Numbered from the stretch's first letter, positions 28,736 to 40,093 are shown. The stretch: DNA of 62,402 nucleotides from Hyphomicrobiales bacterium (GCA_044506365.1 JBIQKQ010000001.1:1-62402), one strand, 5' to 3'. The notes: generated from the letters alone by a model not told the origin. Program-made: numbers and translations.

Positions 28736-30724
28736 CTAACGCGGCCTGAATTTGGCGAGCGCCGCAGCGGCGACCGCCGCCGGCGTGATCCCGAAATAGT
28801 CGTACAACTCCTTGTACGGGGCGCTTGCGCCAAACGAGGACATGCCGACGAACACGCCGTCCGAGCCGATGATTGCGTCCCAGCCCTGCCGGATCCCGGC
28901 CTCGACCGCGACATTGACCTCCGCGCCGCCGATCACGGCGTGACGCTTCTCCGCAGGCTGGGCCAGGAACAGTTCAAAGCACGGCACCGAAACCACACGG
29001 GCCGGCTTGCCCTGCCGGTTCAGCAATTGCGCCGCCTCGACGGCGATCGCAACCTCCGAGCCGGAGGCGAAGATCGAGACATCGACATTGTCGCCTTCGA
29101 CCGGCAGGAGCTCATAGGCGCCGTTCGCGCAGAGATTTTCGGACGCATAGGCGGAGCGAAGCTGCGGCAGGCTCTGGCGGGTGAGGGCGAGCACGCTGGG
29201 GTTTTTCTTCGCGCGCAGTGCCAGCTCCCAGCATTCGACCGCCTCGACCCCGTCGCAGGGCCGGAACACATTGAGGTTCGGGATCGCGCGCAAGGCCGCC
29301 AGATGCTCGACGGGCTGATGCGTCGGCCCGTCTTCGCCGAGGCCGATCGAATCGTGCGTCATCACATGGATCACGCGCTCGCCCATCAGCGCGGCGAGGC
29401 GGATGGCTGGACGGCAATAGTCCGAAAATACGAGGAAGGTGCCCGAATAGGGAATGATCCCGCCGTGAAGGGTCATGCCGTTCATCGCGGCGGCCATGCC
29501 GTGTTCGCGGATCCCGTAATGGATGAAGCGTCCGCTGTAATCGGAGGCCGATATCGCCTTCATCGACTTGGTGCGGGTGTTGTTGGAGCCGGTGAGATCG
29601 GCCGAGCCGCCGACCATTTCCGGCACCGCCGGTACCAGGCTTTCGAGCGCGAATTCCGACGAGGAGCGCGTGGCGATGTCTTTCGGCGTCTTCGCCAGCG
29701 TCTCCTTGACGGACTTCACCGCGTCCGCAAGCGCCTTCGGCAATTCGCCTGTCATGCGGCGTTCGAATTCGGTCTTCAGTTCGGGCGCAAGGCCGCCGAG
29801 CTTCTTGTCCCACGCGCTGCGAGCGTCCTGCGAACGCCGGCCCGCATCGCGCCACGCCTTGAGAATGTCCTGCGGCACGACGAACGGCTCGTACGTCCAG
29901 CCGAGCTTTTCGCGCGCGCCCCTGATCTCGTCGGCGCCGAGCGGGGAGCCGTGCGATTTTTCGCTGCCTGCCTTGGTCGGTGCGCCGAAGCCGATCGTTG
30001 TCTTGCAGGCGATCATGGTCGGCCGGTCGGCGGCCTGCGCCTTGCTGAGGGCGGCGGCGATGGCTTCGGGATCGTGGCCGTCGATCCGCTCGGCGATCCA
30101 GCCGGCCGATTCGAACCGCTTCACCTGATCGACCGAATCCGACAGCGACAGCTTGCCGTCGATGGTAATGCCGTTGTCGTCGAACAGAACGATCAGCCGG
30201 TTGAGCTTCAGATGCCCGGCAAGCGCAATCGCCTCCTGGCTGATGCCTTCCATCAAATCGCCGTCGGAGGCGAGCACATAGGTGCGATGATCGACGATAT
30301 CGCCGAATACGGCATTGAGATGCCGTTCCGCGATGGCCATGCCAACGGCATTGGCGATGCCCTGACCAAGCGGGCCGGTGGTGGTCTCCACTCCCGGCGT
30401 GATGAAGTTTTCCGGATGGCCCGGCGTTTTCGAATGAAGCTGGCGGAACCGCTTCAGTTCGTCGATGGTCATCGCCTCGTAGCCGGTCAGATAGAGAAGC
30501 GCGTAGATCAGCATCGAGCCGTGTCCGGCCGACAAGACGAACCGGTCGCGGTCAGGCCATTTCGGATCGGACGGATCGAATTTCAGGACCTGCGTGAACA
30601 GCACGGTCGCGATGTCGGCCGCGCCCATCGGCAATCCGGGATGGCCGGACTTGGCCTGCTCGACCGCGTCCATCGCCAGCGCGCGGATTGCGTTGGCCAT
30701 ACGATCGTGCTGTGCGCGGGACAT
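28736..30724 (-). CDS. tkt: Transketolase
   Basis: [44 protein letters not shown]. Confidence 0.98.
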   Translation of the reverse strand: MSRAQHDRMANAIRALAMDAVEQAKSGHPGLPMGAADIATVLFTQVLKFDPSDPKWPDRDRFVLSAGHGSMLIYALLYLTGYEAMTIDELKRFRQLHSKTPGHPENFITPGVETTTGPLGQGIANAVGMAIAERHLNAVFGDIVDHRTYVLASDGDLMEGISQEAIALAGHLKLNRLIVLFDDNGITIDGKLSLSDSVDQVKRFESAGWIAERIDGHDPEAIAAALSKAQAADRPTMIACKTTIGFGAPTKAGSEKSHGSPLGADEIRGAREKLGWTYEPFVVPQDILKAWRDAGRRSQDARSAWDKKLGGLAPELKTEFERRMTGELPKALADAVKSVKETLAKTPKDIATRSSSEFALESLVPAVPEMVGGSADLTGSNNTRTKSMKAISASDYSGRFIHYGIREHGMAAAMNGMTLHGGIIPYSGTFLVFSDYCRPAIRLAALMGERVIHVMTHDSIGLGEDGPTHQPVEHLAALRAIPNLNVFRPCDGVEAVECWELALRAKKNPSVLALTRQSLPQLRSAYASENLCANGAYELLPVEGDNVDVSIFASGSEVAIAVEAAQLLNRQGKPARVVSVPCFELFLAQPAEKRHAVIGGAEVNVAVEAGIRQGWDAIIGSDGVFVGMSSFGASAPYKELYDYFGITPAAVAAAALAKFRPR

Positions 30725-30933
30725 GAGGGAATCCGGGGAAGGGTCAATGATGGCGCGTCCTATCATGCAAGCCCCGGCGAGTCCCAGCATCGGCGCGGTA
30801 CAAATTGCCGGAACCGCTAGGATCATGGGGATGACGCCGGCGAACCATTTGACGTCGTTGAAGCGTCAATTTAGGCTTATGGCGCTAACGCCTTGTGCCT
30901 TAATAGTTTTCGTCTCGATGAGTGCAGCGTGAC

Positions 30934-31215
30934 ATGACCGATCCGAGTGCGATCGATGCCGCCGCCCGCAGGCTCACTCAGGCCCTGGACGCGCTGCAGG
31001 CGGCCGTGATCCGCAAGCGCGAAGCCGAGTCCGGCGGCGACGGCGTGGCGGCGCAGCTTCATGCGCTCGGGACCGATCGCGCCCGCCTTGCCGGTGAACT
31101 CGACGCGGTCGCGGCGCATGCGCGCAAGCTTGAAGAAGTCAATCGCGAGGTGGCACGGCGAATCGATATCGCGATGGGCACGATCCAGAAGCTGCTCGAT
31201 GAGCACGACCGCTAG
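30934..31215 (+). CDS. zauP: DUF4164 coiled-coil protein (ZauP-like)
   Basis: Small all-helical protein directly upstream of zapA, the conserved position. Confidence 0.75.
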   Translation: MTDPSAIDAAARRLTQALDALQAAVIRKREAESGGDGVAAQLHALGTDRARLAGELDAVAAHARKLEEVNREVARRIDIAMGTIQKLLDEHDR

Positions 31216-31237
31216 CACGCGTCAGGGGAGCGATGCG

Positions 31238-31627
31238 ATGGCTCAGGTGAATGTCATGATCAACGGCCGCCAGTACCGGATGGGCTGCGAGGACGGGCAG
31301 GAAGATCATGTCAGCCGGCTTGCCGAGGAGATCGACAATCGGATCGAGGCCCTGCGCGGCGCGCATGGCGAGATCGGCGACCAGCGGCTGACGGTGATGG
31401 CGGCGCTGACCGTCGCCGACGAACTGGCCGAGTCGATCCGCCGGGTCCGCAAGCTCGAAGAGGAGATCGCCGCTTTGCAGGACGCGCGCGTCGTCGCCGC
31501 CGAGCGCGCGCAGCAGACCCAGGCGGCGGTCGTGACCGCGCTCAATGCCGCAGCGGAGCGGATCGAGGATATTGCGCGCCAGATCAGCCAGTCGGTCCAG
31601 CAAGCGCCGGGCGTCGCGATCGGGTGA
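31238..31627 (+). CDS. zapA: Cell division protein ZapA
   Basis: VMINGRQYRMGCEDGQEDHV..GEIGDQRLTVMAALTVADE. Confidence 0.93.
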   Translation: MAQVNVMINGRQYRMGCEDGQEDHVSRLAEEIDNRIEALRGAHGEIGDQRLTVMAALTVADELAESIRRVRKLEEEIAALQDARVVAAERAQQTQAAVVTALNAAAERIEDIARQISQSVQQAPGVAIG

Positions 31628-31754
31628 GTGCCGGCCTGGCGCCACAAGCGCATCACGCGCGTCTGCGACGCGGCATGAGCGCCGTCGGCGGTCGCGGAAC
31701 GCGGATTGTTTTGTTCACTGGCTGAATCCCGACGGACACACTACATTGTATTTG

Positions 31755-31911
31755 CGGGGCTGTGTGGTGCGACTGGAAACATCATACTCCCGGGGCCTTA
31801 CGATCCTGACGGGAGCTGTCCCTGGCCGGGTCCGTGGATCCGGACATATGGCGCCCACCTACTTCTGTAGGTTCCCGGGGTCGAAAATTCCGACGGCCAA
31901 CGCGGCTCCGC
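31755..31911 (+). ncRNA. ssrS: 6S RNA
   Basis: Ends pair (GCGGGGCTGTGT / ACGCGGCTCCGC); alphaproteobacterial motifs CCCGGGGCCTTA, GGGAGCTGTCCCTG, GCGCCCACCT; zapA-ssrS-ygfA synteny; -10 TACATT at 31742. Confidence 0.92.
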
Positions 31912-32051
31912 GCTTCTGATTGCTTTTCCGTCCCGAGGGCATTGCTGCATGCAATGCTGAAATGCAGTCCCGGGACCCATTTTCCTGATATTGGATCCGG
32001 ATTGGCGGCGCCACCGCTCACGCTGCGCCGCGTCCGGGTCTCGGGTTCACA

Positions 32052-32636
32052 ATGGCGGAAAGCACCTTACTCGACCACGACAAATCCACCCTTCGCCAAT
32101 CCGCCTTCGCGCGACGCGATGCCATGCCGGCCGCCGAACGCGCGGCCGCCGTTGAGGCGGTGACGCGGCGGCCGTTTCCGGTTGCTGTCGAGCCGGGCAT
32201 GATCGTGTCCGGCTATTCGCCGATGAAAAGCGAGTTCAATCCCGTTCCGCTGATGCGTAAGCTGTCGGACGCGGGCGCGCGGCTGGCGCTGCCGGTGACG
32301 CCGAAACGCGGCAATCCGCTGATCATGCGCGCATGGGCTTTCGGCGACGAACTCGCCGCCGGCGTCTGGGGCATCCGCGAGCCGAAGCCGGAGTCGCCGG
32401 AAGTGTTTTCGGACATCATGCTGGTGCCGCTCGCGGCGTTCGACCGCGCCGGACACCGCATCGGCTATGGCGCGGGCTATTACGACAAGACCATCGCCCG
32501 CATCCGCGCGATGAAAAAGGTGACAGCGATCGGGCTTGCCTTTGCCGTGCAGGAAATCGACCGCGTTCCCGCCACCCCGTTCGACCAGGCGCTCGACCTT
32601 GTGCTAACGGAAAACGAGACGATCGATTTCCGTTAG
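32052..32636 (+). CDS. ygfA: 5-formyltetrahydrofolate cyclo-ligase
   Basis: LVPLAAFDRAGHRIGYGAGYYD. Confidence 0.93.
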   Translation: MAESTLLDHDKSTLRQSAFARRDAMPAAERAAAVEAVTRRPFPVAVEPGMIVSGYSPMKSEFNPVPLMRKLSDAGARLALPVTPKRGNPLIMRAWAFGDELAAGVWGIREPKPESPEVFSDIMLVPLAAFDRAGHRIGYGAGYYDKTIARIRAMKKVTAIGLAFAVQEIDRVPATPFDQALDLVLTENETIDFR

Positions 32637-32646
32637 GGAGCAGCGG

Positions 32647-33474
32647 TTGCGCATTCTGTTCATCGGCGACGTGGTGGGCCGCTCCGGGCGCGCCATCGTT
32701 CATCAGCGGCTGCCGGGGCTGATCGCCGACTGGAAGCTCGACCTCGTGGTGCTGAACGGCGAAAACGCCGCCGGCGGCTTTGGCATTACCGAAGCGATTT
32801 TCCGTGAATTCATCGATGCCGGCGTCGACATCGTGACGCTCGGCAATCACTCGTGGGACCAGCGCGAGGCGCTGGTCTTCATCGAGCGCAGCCCCCGCAT
32901 GATCCGCCCGATCAATTATCCAAGGGGCACGCCGGGCAAGGGAGCCGCCATGATCGAGGCGAAGAACGGCGCGCGCGTCCTCGTCATCAACGCCATGGGC
33001 CGCATCTTCATCGATCCGCTCGACGACCCGTTCGCCGCCATCGACCGCGAGCTCAACGCCTGCGCGCTCGGCCGCGACGCCGACGCGATCATCGTCGATT
33101 TTCACGCCGAGGTGACGAGCGAGAAGCAGGCGATCGGTCACCATCTCGATGGTCGTGTCTCGGCGGTCATCGGCACTCATACCCATGCGCCCACGGCGGA
33201 CCACCAGATTCTGCCCGGCGGCACCGCCTTCCAGTCTGACGCCGGCATGACCGGCGACTACGATTCCGTGATCGGCATGGTGAAGGACGAACCTGTGTCG
33301 CGCTTCCTGCGACGAATTCCCGCGACCAAGTTCGAGGCCGCAACGGGTCCGGCGACCCTGTGCGGCCTGGCGATCGAGACCGACGACGCATCCGGACTGG
33401 CCACGAAAGTGGCTGCTGTCCGGCTTGGAGCGCGCCTGGAGGAGGCCGTGCCGCGCTTCTGGCTTCAGGCGTAG
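32647..33474 (+). CDS. YmdB-like metallophosphoesterase (TIGR00282)
   Basis: GDVVGRSGR, NGENAAGG, TLGNH, DFHAE, GTHTH, DAGMTG; TTG start with RBS. Confidence 0.93.
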   Translation: MRILFIGDVVGRSGRAIVHQRLPGLIADWKLDLVVLNGENAAGGFGITEAIFREFIDAGVDIVTLGNHSWDQREALVFIERSPRMIRPINYPRGTPGKGAAMIEAKNGARVLVINAMGRIFIDPLDDPFAAIDRELNACALGRDADAIIVDFHAEVTSEKQAIGHHLDGRVSAVIGTHTHAPTADHQILPGGTAFQSDAGMTGDYDSVIGMVKDEPVSRFLRRIPATKFEAATGPATLCGLAIETDDASGLATKVAAVRLGARLEEAVPRFWLQA

Positions 33475-33522
33475 TCCGGCCCCGGGTCAGGGACGGGATG
33501 CGGCGCTGAGGGACGCGCCGCC

Positions 33523-34710
33523 ATGCGCATCATTGGTCATCGTCCGAGCCGGACCTTTGCCGGCGCTGTTTTCTCCGGTTGCCTTGCGGTGCTTTCGGCG
33601 ATCGCTCCGGCGCAGGCGCAGAATGTCGCCGACGAATTCGTGACCGAGAGGACCTTCTTTCGTACCCATGTGAACGGCAAGGCGGTCCGGCTGGAGGGCC
33701 TGGTCATCAAGCGCGCCGACCTCACCGGCCCGCTGCCGATCGCGCTGATCACCCATGGCAAGTCCGCCAATCTCGCCGACATGCTGGCGCTGCGCGCGAG
33801 CGACTACAGCCCCTATGCGCGCGATCTGGCTCGCCGCGGCTATCTGTCCGTCGTGGTGCTGCGGCGCGGCTTCGGCCAGTCGGACGGTCCGATGCCGGTG
33901 AACGTGACCTGCAACACCGACACCTTCGCCAATGTCTTCAGCGCGGATGCCGACGACCTTCAGGGCGCGCTCGACGTCGCTGCGAAACGCCCCGATGCGG
34001 ACCCGCAGCGCGCGATCGCGATCGGCGTTTCCGCCGGCGGCGCGGCGGTGATGGCGCTCGCGGCCCGCAACCCGGCAAACCTGAAAGGGGTCATCAACGT
34101 CTCGGGCGGCCTGCAGACGCCGGACTGCCCCAAGGAGGACGTTCTGGTGAACGCCTTCAAGGCTTACGGCGAGAGCAGCCGGGTCCCGACCATCTGGGTC
34201 TATGCGAACAACGACAGCCTGTTTGGTCCGAAGCTCGTCGAGCGCATGCAGGCGGCCTATCTCGACGGCGGCGGCGACGCGAAGCTCGTCATGTTCGACA
34301 AGTTCGGCAATGACGGTCATTCCATCTTCAGCGAGCCGGCGGGCCGCGTGAAGTGGCTGATGGAGATGGACGCCTTTCTGAGTTTCCACGATCTGCCGTC
34401 GACAGACCGCGAGCGCGGCACCGAGCTTCTCAAGCGCCTGCAGCTGACCGAGCGTAACCGCAGCTTCGTCGATCAGTATCTCGCGGCGCCGACCTTCAAG
34501 GTGATGGTGCAGACGCCGGATGGACAGAATTACATGACGCAATTCGGCGCGCAGAAGCTGGAATATGCCCGCGACGCCGCGCTGAAGAACTGCCAGGAGC
34601 GCCACAAGACGGCCGAGCCGTGCAAGGTGATCATGGAGAACGATAGCTGGGTCGGCCCGACCGCGCCCGAGCGGGTCGCGGCCCGGTCCCCCGGACAGAC
34701 CGTGCGGTAA
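33523..34710 (+). CDS. Secreted alpha/beta hydrolase with extra C-terminal domain (paralog 1)
   Basis: Signal peptide AQA; GVSAGG nucleophile, NDSLF, DGH. Confidence 0.82.
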   Translation: MRIIGHRPSRTFAGAVFSGCLAVLSAIAPAQAQNVADEFVTERTFFRTHVNGKAVRLEGLVIKRADLTGPLPIALITHGKSANLADMLALRASDYSPYARDLARRGYLSVVVLRRGFGQSDGPMPVNVTCNTDTFANVFSADADDLQGALDVAAKRPDADPQRAIAIGVSAGGAAVMALAARNPANLKGVINVSGGLQTPDCPKEDVLVNAFKAYGESSRVPTIWVYANNDSLFGPKLVERMQAAYLDGGGDAKLVMFDKFGNDGHSIFSEPAGRVKWLMEMDAFLSFHDLPSTDRERGTELLKRLQLTERNRSFVDQYLAAPTFKVMVQTPDGQNYMTQFGAQKLEYARDAALKNCQERHKTAEPCKVIMENDSWVGPTAPERVAARSPGQTVR

Positions 34711-34822
34711 CGGTCTTCGCCGCTGGTCGCGTGAAATCGGACGCGTTAATCTTGGCCCTTTGCAGATCGCAGAACCGATGCGCGCTCATCCCGACGATCG
34801 GAAATCCCCGCAGACGGCAGCA

Positions 34823-35962
34823 ATGCGAGCGATCCAAACACTGGCAATCGCCGCGGCGATGCTGTCCGGCGCGGCTTTGGGCTCGGCGGCGCGCGCCCAG
34901 GCGGCTGCCGACGAGTTCGTGATCGAGCGGACCTTCTTTCGCACCACCATCGAGAACCGGACCGTCCGGCTCGAAGGTCTGGTCGTGAAGCGGTCCGATC
35001 TCGCCGGAGAACTTCCGATCGCGCTGATCACGCATGGCAAGTCGTCGCATCTGTCCGACATGCTCGAAAGCAAGACCGCCGATTATGCGGGGCCTGCGCG
35101 CGATCTGGCGCGGCGCGGCTGGCTTGCGGTGGTCGTCATGCGGCGGGGCTTCGGGCAGTCGGACGGACCGATGGCGGCCTCGGTGTCCTGTGCGACGACG
35201 AGCTTCGCCAGCCGTTTTGCCGCCGATGCCGATGACCTGCAGGGCGCGATCGAGGCGGCATCGAAACGGCCGGATGCCGATCCGAGCCGCGTGATCGCGC
35301 TCGGGGTCTCCGCCGGCGGGGCTGCGGTGGTCGCGCTTGCCGCGCGCAACCTGCCCGGCCTGCGCGCCGTCGTCAGCGTGTCGGGTGGACTGCGCATGCC
35401 CGACTGCCCGAAGGAAGATGTGCTGGTGAGCGCCTACAGGGAATTCGGCCTGGTGAGCCGCGTACCCAATCTGTGGATTTACGCGAAGAATGACAGTTTC
35501 TTTGGGCCGGAGCTGGTCGAACGGCTGCAGTCGTCCTTTCTCGATGGCGGCGGCGACGTGAAGCTCGTCATGTATGAGAAGTTCGGCAATGACGGGCATA
35601 GCTTGTTCACGGCCGCGGCCGGAAAGCTGCAATGGCTGATGGAAATGGATGCGTTCCTGCGCTTTCACGGGCTGCCGGCCGCGCGCCGCGACAATGTCGC
35701 CGAATTGATGAAACTGCTGCAGCTGGATCAGCGGCAGCGCGGATTCGTTGACCGCTATCTCGCCGCGCCGACCTACAAGGTCATGGTCAGAACGCCGGAC
35801 GGCAAGCACCATTTCACGCAATACGGCGCGACTACCCTGGACCGCGCGCGCAATGCCGCCCTCAAGTCGTGCCAGGATCGCTACAAGGCGGCCGAACCGT
35901 GCCGCGTGGTCATGGAAAACGACACCTGGCTCGGCGGGGCGGACGGACGCGACCAGCCATAG
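34823..35962 (+). CDS. Secreted alpha/beta hydrolase (paralog 2)
   Basis: Same motifs; colinear with 33523-34710. Confidence 0.82.
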   Translation: MRAIQTLAIAAAMLSGAALGSAARAQAAADEFVIERTFFRTTIENRTVRLEGLVVKRSDLAGELPIALITHGKSSHLSDMLESKTADYAGPARDLARRGWLAVVVMRRGFGQSDGPMAASVSCATTSFASRFAADADDLQGAIEAASKRPDADPSRVIALGVSAGGAAVVALAARNLPGLRAVVSVSGGLRMPDCPKEDVLVSAYREFGLVSRVPNLWIYAKNDSFFGPELVERLQSSFLDGGGDVKLVMYEKFGNDGHSLFTAAAGKLQWLMEMDAFLRFHGLPAARRDNVAELMKLLQLDQRQRGFVDRYLAAPTYKVMVRTPDGKHHFTQYGATTLDRARNAALKSCQDRYKAAEPCRVVMENDTWLGGADGRDQP

Positions 35963-36062
35963 CTGCGGTCATTTCATCTCCGAAGTAGCGAAATTCACCC
36001 GCCACAGAATTGACGCGCCGGCGCGCTCAATTTTCATAGGCAACATGCTTGAGGCTGCAGCC

Positions 36063-37043
36063 ATGACCATGCCCATTGTCACCCGGCGTTCCGCCCTCGC
36101 AGGCCTGTCGGGGATCGCGGCGGCCGGGCTTATGTCCGGCACGGCGCTTGCGAAGGCGCCGCCGCTCAACACGCAGGCGCCGGCCTTCTACCGCTTCAAG
36201 CTCGGCGCATTCGAAGTGACCGCGGTGTCGGATGGGCCGCTGGCATTGGGTGCGGCCAATGACGGCATCTTCACCGGCGTCTCGAAAGCCGATTTCACGA
36301 AGATTCTGGACGACAATTTCCTGCCGTCCGATGCGGTCGAGATGGATCAGAACGTGCTGGTCGTGAATACCGGCAATCGCCTCGTTCTGATCGATACCGG
36401 CGATGGCGGCTCGAACATGTTCGGTCCGAAAAGCGGCCGCATGCTCGCCAACCTGAAGGCCGCCGGCATCGACCCGAAGGACATCGACCTGATCGCGCTC
36501 ACCCATGCGCATCCCGACCATTGCTGGGGGCTGATGGCGGCCGACGGCACGCCGCATTTCCCAAACGCGCAGATCGCGCTGTCGCAGGCCGATTTCGACT
36601 TCTGGACCGACGAAAGCAAGGCGCAGGGCGACATGATGAAGGCGCTGATCGGCGGCGCCCGGCGGCAATTGCTGCCGAACAAGGACCGCATGACTTTCAT
36701 TACGGATGGGCAGGAGGTGACGCCGGGGATCCGCGCCATGTCTGCGCCGGGACATACCGTCGGCCACATGGTGTTTGTCATTGCGTCGGGTGGCAAGACG
36801 CTGCTCAATAGCGGCGACATCGCGCATCACCACGTGGTTTCGATGCAGAGGCCGCGCGCGGCTTTCGTCTTCGACACCGATGGCGCGCAGGGCGTCGCCA
36901 GCCGGCTCAGGGTGCTGGACATGCTGGCGACCGATCGCATCCCGTTCGTCTCGTATCACTTCCCCTGGCCGGGTCTCGGCTATGTGGCCAAGCAGGCCGA
37001 CGCCTACCGCTACGTTCCGGCGCCGATGCAGACGGTGCTGTAG
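36063..37043 (+). CDS. Tat-exported MBL-fold metallo-hydrolase
   Basis: TRRSAL Tat signal; THAHPDH, PGHTVGH, GDIAH, YHFPWPG. Confidence 0.9.
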   Translation: MTMPIVTRRSALAGLSGIAAAGLMSGTALAKAPPLNTQAPAFYRFKLGAFEVTAVSDGPLALGAANDGIFTGVSKADFTKILDDNFLPSDAVEMDQNVLVVNTGNRLVLIDTGDGGSNMFGPKSGRMLANLKAAGIDPKDIDLIALTHAHPDHCWGLMAADGTPHFPNAQIALSQADFDFWTDESKAQGDMMKALIGGARRQLLPNKDRMTFITDGQEVTPGIRAMSAPGHTVGHMVFVIASGGKTLLNSGDIAHHHVVSMQRPRAAFVFDTDGAQGVASRLRVLDMLATDRIPFVSYHFPWPGLGYVAKQADAYRYVPAPMQTVL

Positions 37044-37238
37044 GACCTGATGGCCTTCCGGACGCGTCCGGAATATCCGGGGCGGCGGATACAAGCGCTT
37101 GCGGCTCTGGCAGTCGGGCTCGCTCGCCGTTCCCTCGCGCCGGACATGAATGCCTGAAGCGTTTCGGCAAAAGGGTTGAGCCTGCGGCGGCCCCCGTCCT
37201 ATAAGGCCTCGCGTTCCGATTTGTGCGGGCCGGGGTCC

Positions 37239-37985
37239 ATGGCAGGTCATTCCCAGTTCAAGAACATCATGCACCGCAAGGGGCGGCAGGATAAGGCCCG
37301 CTCCAAGATATTCTCCAAGCTGGCGCGCGAAATCACCGTCGCCGCCAAGATGGGACTGCCCGACCCCAACTTTAATCCGCGGTTGCGTGCCGCGATCCTT
37401 GCCGCCCGCGCCGAAAACATGCCGAAGGACAATATCGAGCGCGCCATCAAGAAGAGCCAGGGCGGCGATTCGGAGAATTACGACGAGGTGCGCTACGAAG
37501 GCTACGGGCCGGGCGGCGTCGCGGTGATCGTCGAAGTGCTGACCGACAATCGCAACCGCACGGCGGGCGATGTCCGCGCCGCCTTCACCAAGAATGGCGG
37601 CAACATGGCCGAGACCGGTGCGGTGTCCTTCATGTTCGACCGCGTCGGCGTGGTCGAGTTCGACGCCGAGGTCGCGAGCGCGGATGCGATGCTCGAAGCT
37701 GCGATCGAAGCCGGCGCCGAAGACGTGACGTCCTCCGAGACCGGCCACGAAATCTATACGGCGCAGGATACGCTCGCCGAAGTCTCCAAGGCGCTGGAGG
37801 CGAAATATGGCGAGCCGCGCAAATCGGCGCTGATCTGGAAGCCGCAGAACACCATCTCGGTCAGTGACGAGCAGGGCGAGAAGCTGCTGCGCATGATCGA
37901 GGCGCTGGAAGAAAGCGATGACGTCCAGAACGTCTACGCCAATTTCGAAGTCTCCGATCAACTCGTGTCGAAGATGAGTGCGTGA
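37239..37985 (+). CDS. yebC: YebC/PmpR family protein
   Basis: [36 protein letters not shown]. Confidence 0.96.
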   Translation: MAGHSQFKNIMHRKGRQDKARSKIFSKLAREITVAAKMGLPDPNFNPRLRAAILAARAENMPKDNIERAIKKSQGGDSENYDEVRYEGYGPGGVAVIVEVLTDNRNRTAGDVRAAFTKNGGNMAETGAVSFMFDRVGVVEFDAEVASADAMLEAAIEAGAEDVTSSETGHEIYTAQDTLAEVSKALEAKYGEPRKSALIWKPQNTISVSDEQGEKLLRMIEALEESDDVQNVYANFEVSDQLVSKMSA

Positions 37986-38082
37986 CCAGGCCCGGAACCA
38001 TCCGTGGCGCCATTGCCTCGTTCGCGGCAATGGATCGTTCTGCGCGGGGCGATCCCGCGGGTGAAGGCAATCCCAGCACCGC

Positions 38083-39315
38083 GTGACTCACATGCCCCTT
38101 GAAAAGCCGGCTTTTCCGCTGCCGCGTCAGCCCTGGTCGGATTTCGGCTCGGTCTATGCCGGCAATGCGTTTGTGGCCTTCCTGTTCTCGACCTCGGGGC
38201 CGGTGGCCATCATCCTTGCAGTCGGCGCGCGCGGCGGTCTCTCCGAAGCCGATCTCGCATCCTGGATCTTTGCGGTCTTCTTCCTGAACGGCCTGATCAC
38301 CATCGCCTATTCGATGCTGTATCGGCAGCCGCTCGCTTTCTTCTGGACCATCCCTGGCACGGTGCTGGTCGGTCCGGCGCTGACGCATCTGAGCTTTCCC
38401 GAAGTGATCGGCGCGTTTCTTGCGACCGGCCTGTTGATGCTGGTGCTCGGCCTGACCGGGCTGGTGCGCCGGGTGATGGACGCGATTCCGATGCCGATCG
38501 TGATGGCGATGGTCGCCGGCGTGTTCCTGCGGTTCGGCATCGATCTCGTTCATGCGTTCCGCGACGGCTTCTGGATCGCGTTGTCGATGGCGGTGCCGTT
38601 CTTCGCGCTGTCGGCGGTGCCGCGGCTCGCGCGCCTCGCGCCGCCCCTGATCGTTGCGCTGATTGTGGGCGCGGCGACCGTGTGGCTGCAGGGAAGCTTC
38701 AACCCGCCGGCCGGCACGCTGTTCGAATTCGCAAAGCCGAACTTCTACGCGCCGCAATTTTCATGGCCGGCGATGGTCGAACTGGTCATTCCGCTGGCGA
38801 TCACCGTGCTGGTCGTGCAGAACGGACAGGGGATCGCGATCCTGACGGCGAGCGGCCACAAGCCGCCGATCAACGCCATCACCTTCGCCTGCGGCGTCGG
38901 CTCGCTGATCACCGCTTTTTTCGGCGCGGTCTCGACCTGTCTCACCGGCCCGTCCAATGCGATCCTGGCAAGTTCGGGCGAGAAGGAGCGGCACTATACC
39001 GCCGCGATCTTTCTGGGCATTCTGGCGCTCGGCTTCGGTCTGACCGCGCCGTTCTTCACCCGGCTCCTGCTGGCGACGCCGCCCGCCTTCATCGCAACGC
39101 TCGCCGGGCTCGCGATGCTGCGGGTGCTGCAGACCTCTTTCCAGATTTCGTTCCGGGACAAGTTCAGCTTCGGTGCGCTGATCTGTTTTGTCGTGACGGT
39201 CGCCGACGTGCCGATCCTGCGCATCGGCGCGCCGTTCTGGGGCCTTGTCTTCGGGATCGCCGCCTCGCATCTGCTGGAGCGCGCCGACTTCCAGCACGAA
39301 AAGCCGGCGACCTGA
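38083..39315 (+). CDS. BenE-family benzoate/H+ symporter-like transporter
   Basis: Multi-TM; YRQPLAFFWTIPG, AMVAGVFL, GAPFWGL; alt start 38092. Confidence 0.85.
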   Translation: MTHMPLEKPAFPLPRQPWSDFGSVYAGNAFVAFLFSTSGPVAIILAVGARGGLSEADLASWIFAVFFLNGLITIAYSMLYRQPLAFFWTIPGTVLVGPALTHLSFPEVIGAFLATGLLMLVLGLTGLVRRVMDAIPMPIVMAMVAGVFLRFGIDLVHAFRDGFWIALSMAVPFFALSAVPRLARLAPPLIVALIVGAATVWLQGSFNPPAGTLFEFAKPNFYAPQFSWPAMVELVIPLAITVLVVQNGQGIAILTASGHKPPINAITFACGVGSLITAFFGAVSTCLTGPSNAILASSGEKERHYTAAIFLGILALGFGLTAPFFTRLLLATPPAFIATLAGLAMLRVLQTSFQISFRDKFSFGALICFVVTVADVPILRIGAPFWGLVFGIAASHLLERADFQHEKPAT

Positions 39316-39319
39316 CCGG

Positions 39320-40093
39320 CTAGCGGAACAGCTCGTCGAACAGCGGCAGGCTGACGGCTGCCGACAGCGCGATGATCGCATAGGCCACGCGCCGGTAGGT
39401 GTGATCCGACGCGCCGCGGAACAGATAGGCGCCGAGCGCCATCGCGAGGATGAAGACCGGTCCAAGCAGCAGCGAAAGCAGCAATACATCCGCGGTGAAC
39501 AGGCCGCGGATGTAATAGACCGTCGCCGACACGATCGCCAGAATGGCGAAATACACCATCAGGTTGGCGCGGATCACCTGCGCGCTGTTCGGGCCGCCGA
39601 GCCAGTAGATGATCGCCGCGGGGCCGGCGATCTGAGCCGCGCCCGAGCCGATGCCCGCCACCAGCCCGACGCCGATCGAGGCCGGCAGCGTCGGCGGCGC
39701 GCGATAGCGCCAGCCGGATGCCAGCACCACGAGCAGCGCCGTGACCAGAAACGCAATGAACCAGCGCAGGAGGGTGGGATCGAGATATTCCAGCGCCGCG
39801 ACGCCGAGCGGGATGGTGCAGATCGCCGCGACCGATACCGGCGCAACCTCGCGCCAGTTGCAGCGCCGCGTCAGAGGCACGGTGAACGGGGCACTCGCGA
39901 CGAAGTCGACGATCAGCAGGGTCAGCGCGGCGATCCGCGGTTCGTAGATCGCCGCGACCAGCGGCACATAGATCAGCGCCGAGCCGAATCCGGAAAAGCC
40001 GCGCACCAGCCCTGCGGTCAGGGCGACGGCGATGGCGGCGGCGAATCGCGGTTCGGCGATGAGGCTGGCGGCTGTTGCTGAAAAGTCTGTCAC
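39320..40093 (-). CDS. TauE/SafE family membrane protein
   Basis: [15 protein letters not shown], multi-TM; GTG start estimated. Confidence 0.85.
   Translation of the reverse strand: MTDFSATAASLIAEPRFAAAIAVALTAGLVRGFSGFGSALIYVPLVAAIYEPRIAALTLLIVDFVASAPFTVPLTRRCNWREVAPVSVAAICTIPLGVAALEYLDPTLLRWFIAFLVTALLVVLASGWRYRAPPTLPASIGVGLVAGIGSGAAQIAGPAAIIYWLGGPNSAQVIRANLMVYFAILAIVSATVYYIRGLFTADVLLLSLLLGPVFILAMALGAYLFRGASDHTYRRVAYAIIALSAAVSLPLFDELFR

Noticed and set aside
28940-30820. Long antisense ORFs here and at 36027-38030, 43018-44955, 52731-54572, 54576-56585, 59519-61639
   Set aside because: All lie opposite well-supported genes and lack recognisable motifs.
30849-30869. TTGACG-N9-CGTCAA inverted repeat between tkt and zauP
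   Set aside because: Most simply two back-to-back -35 elements; no support for an operator.
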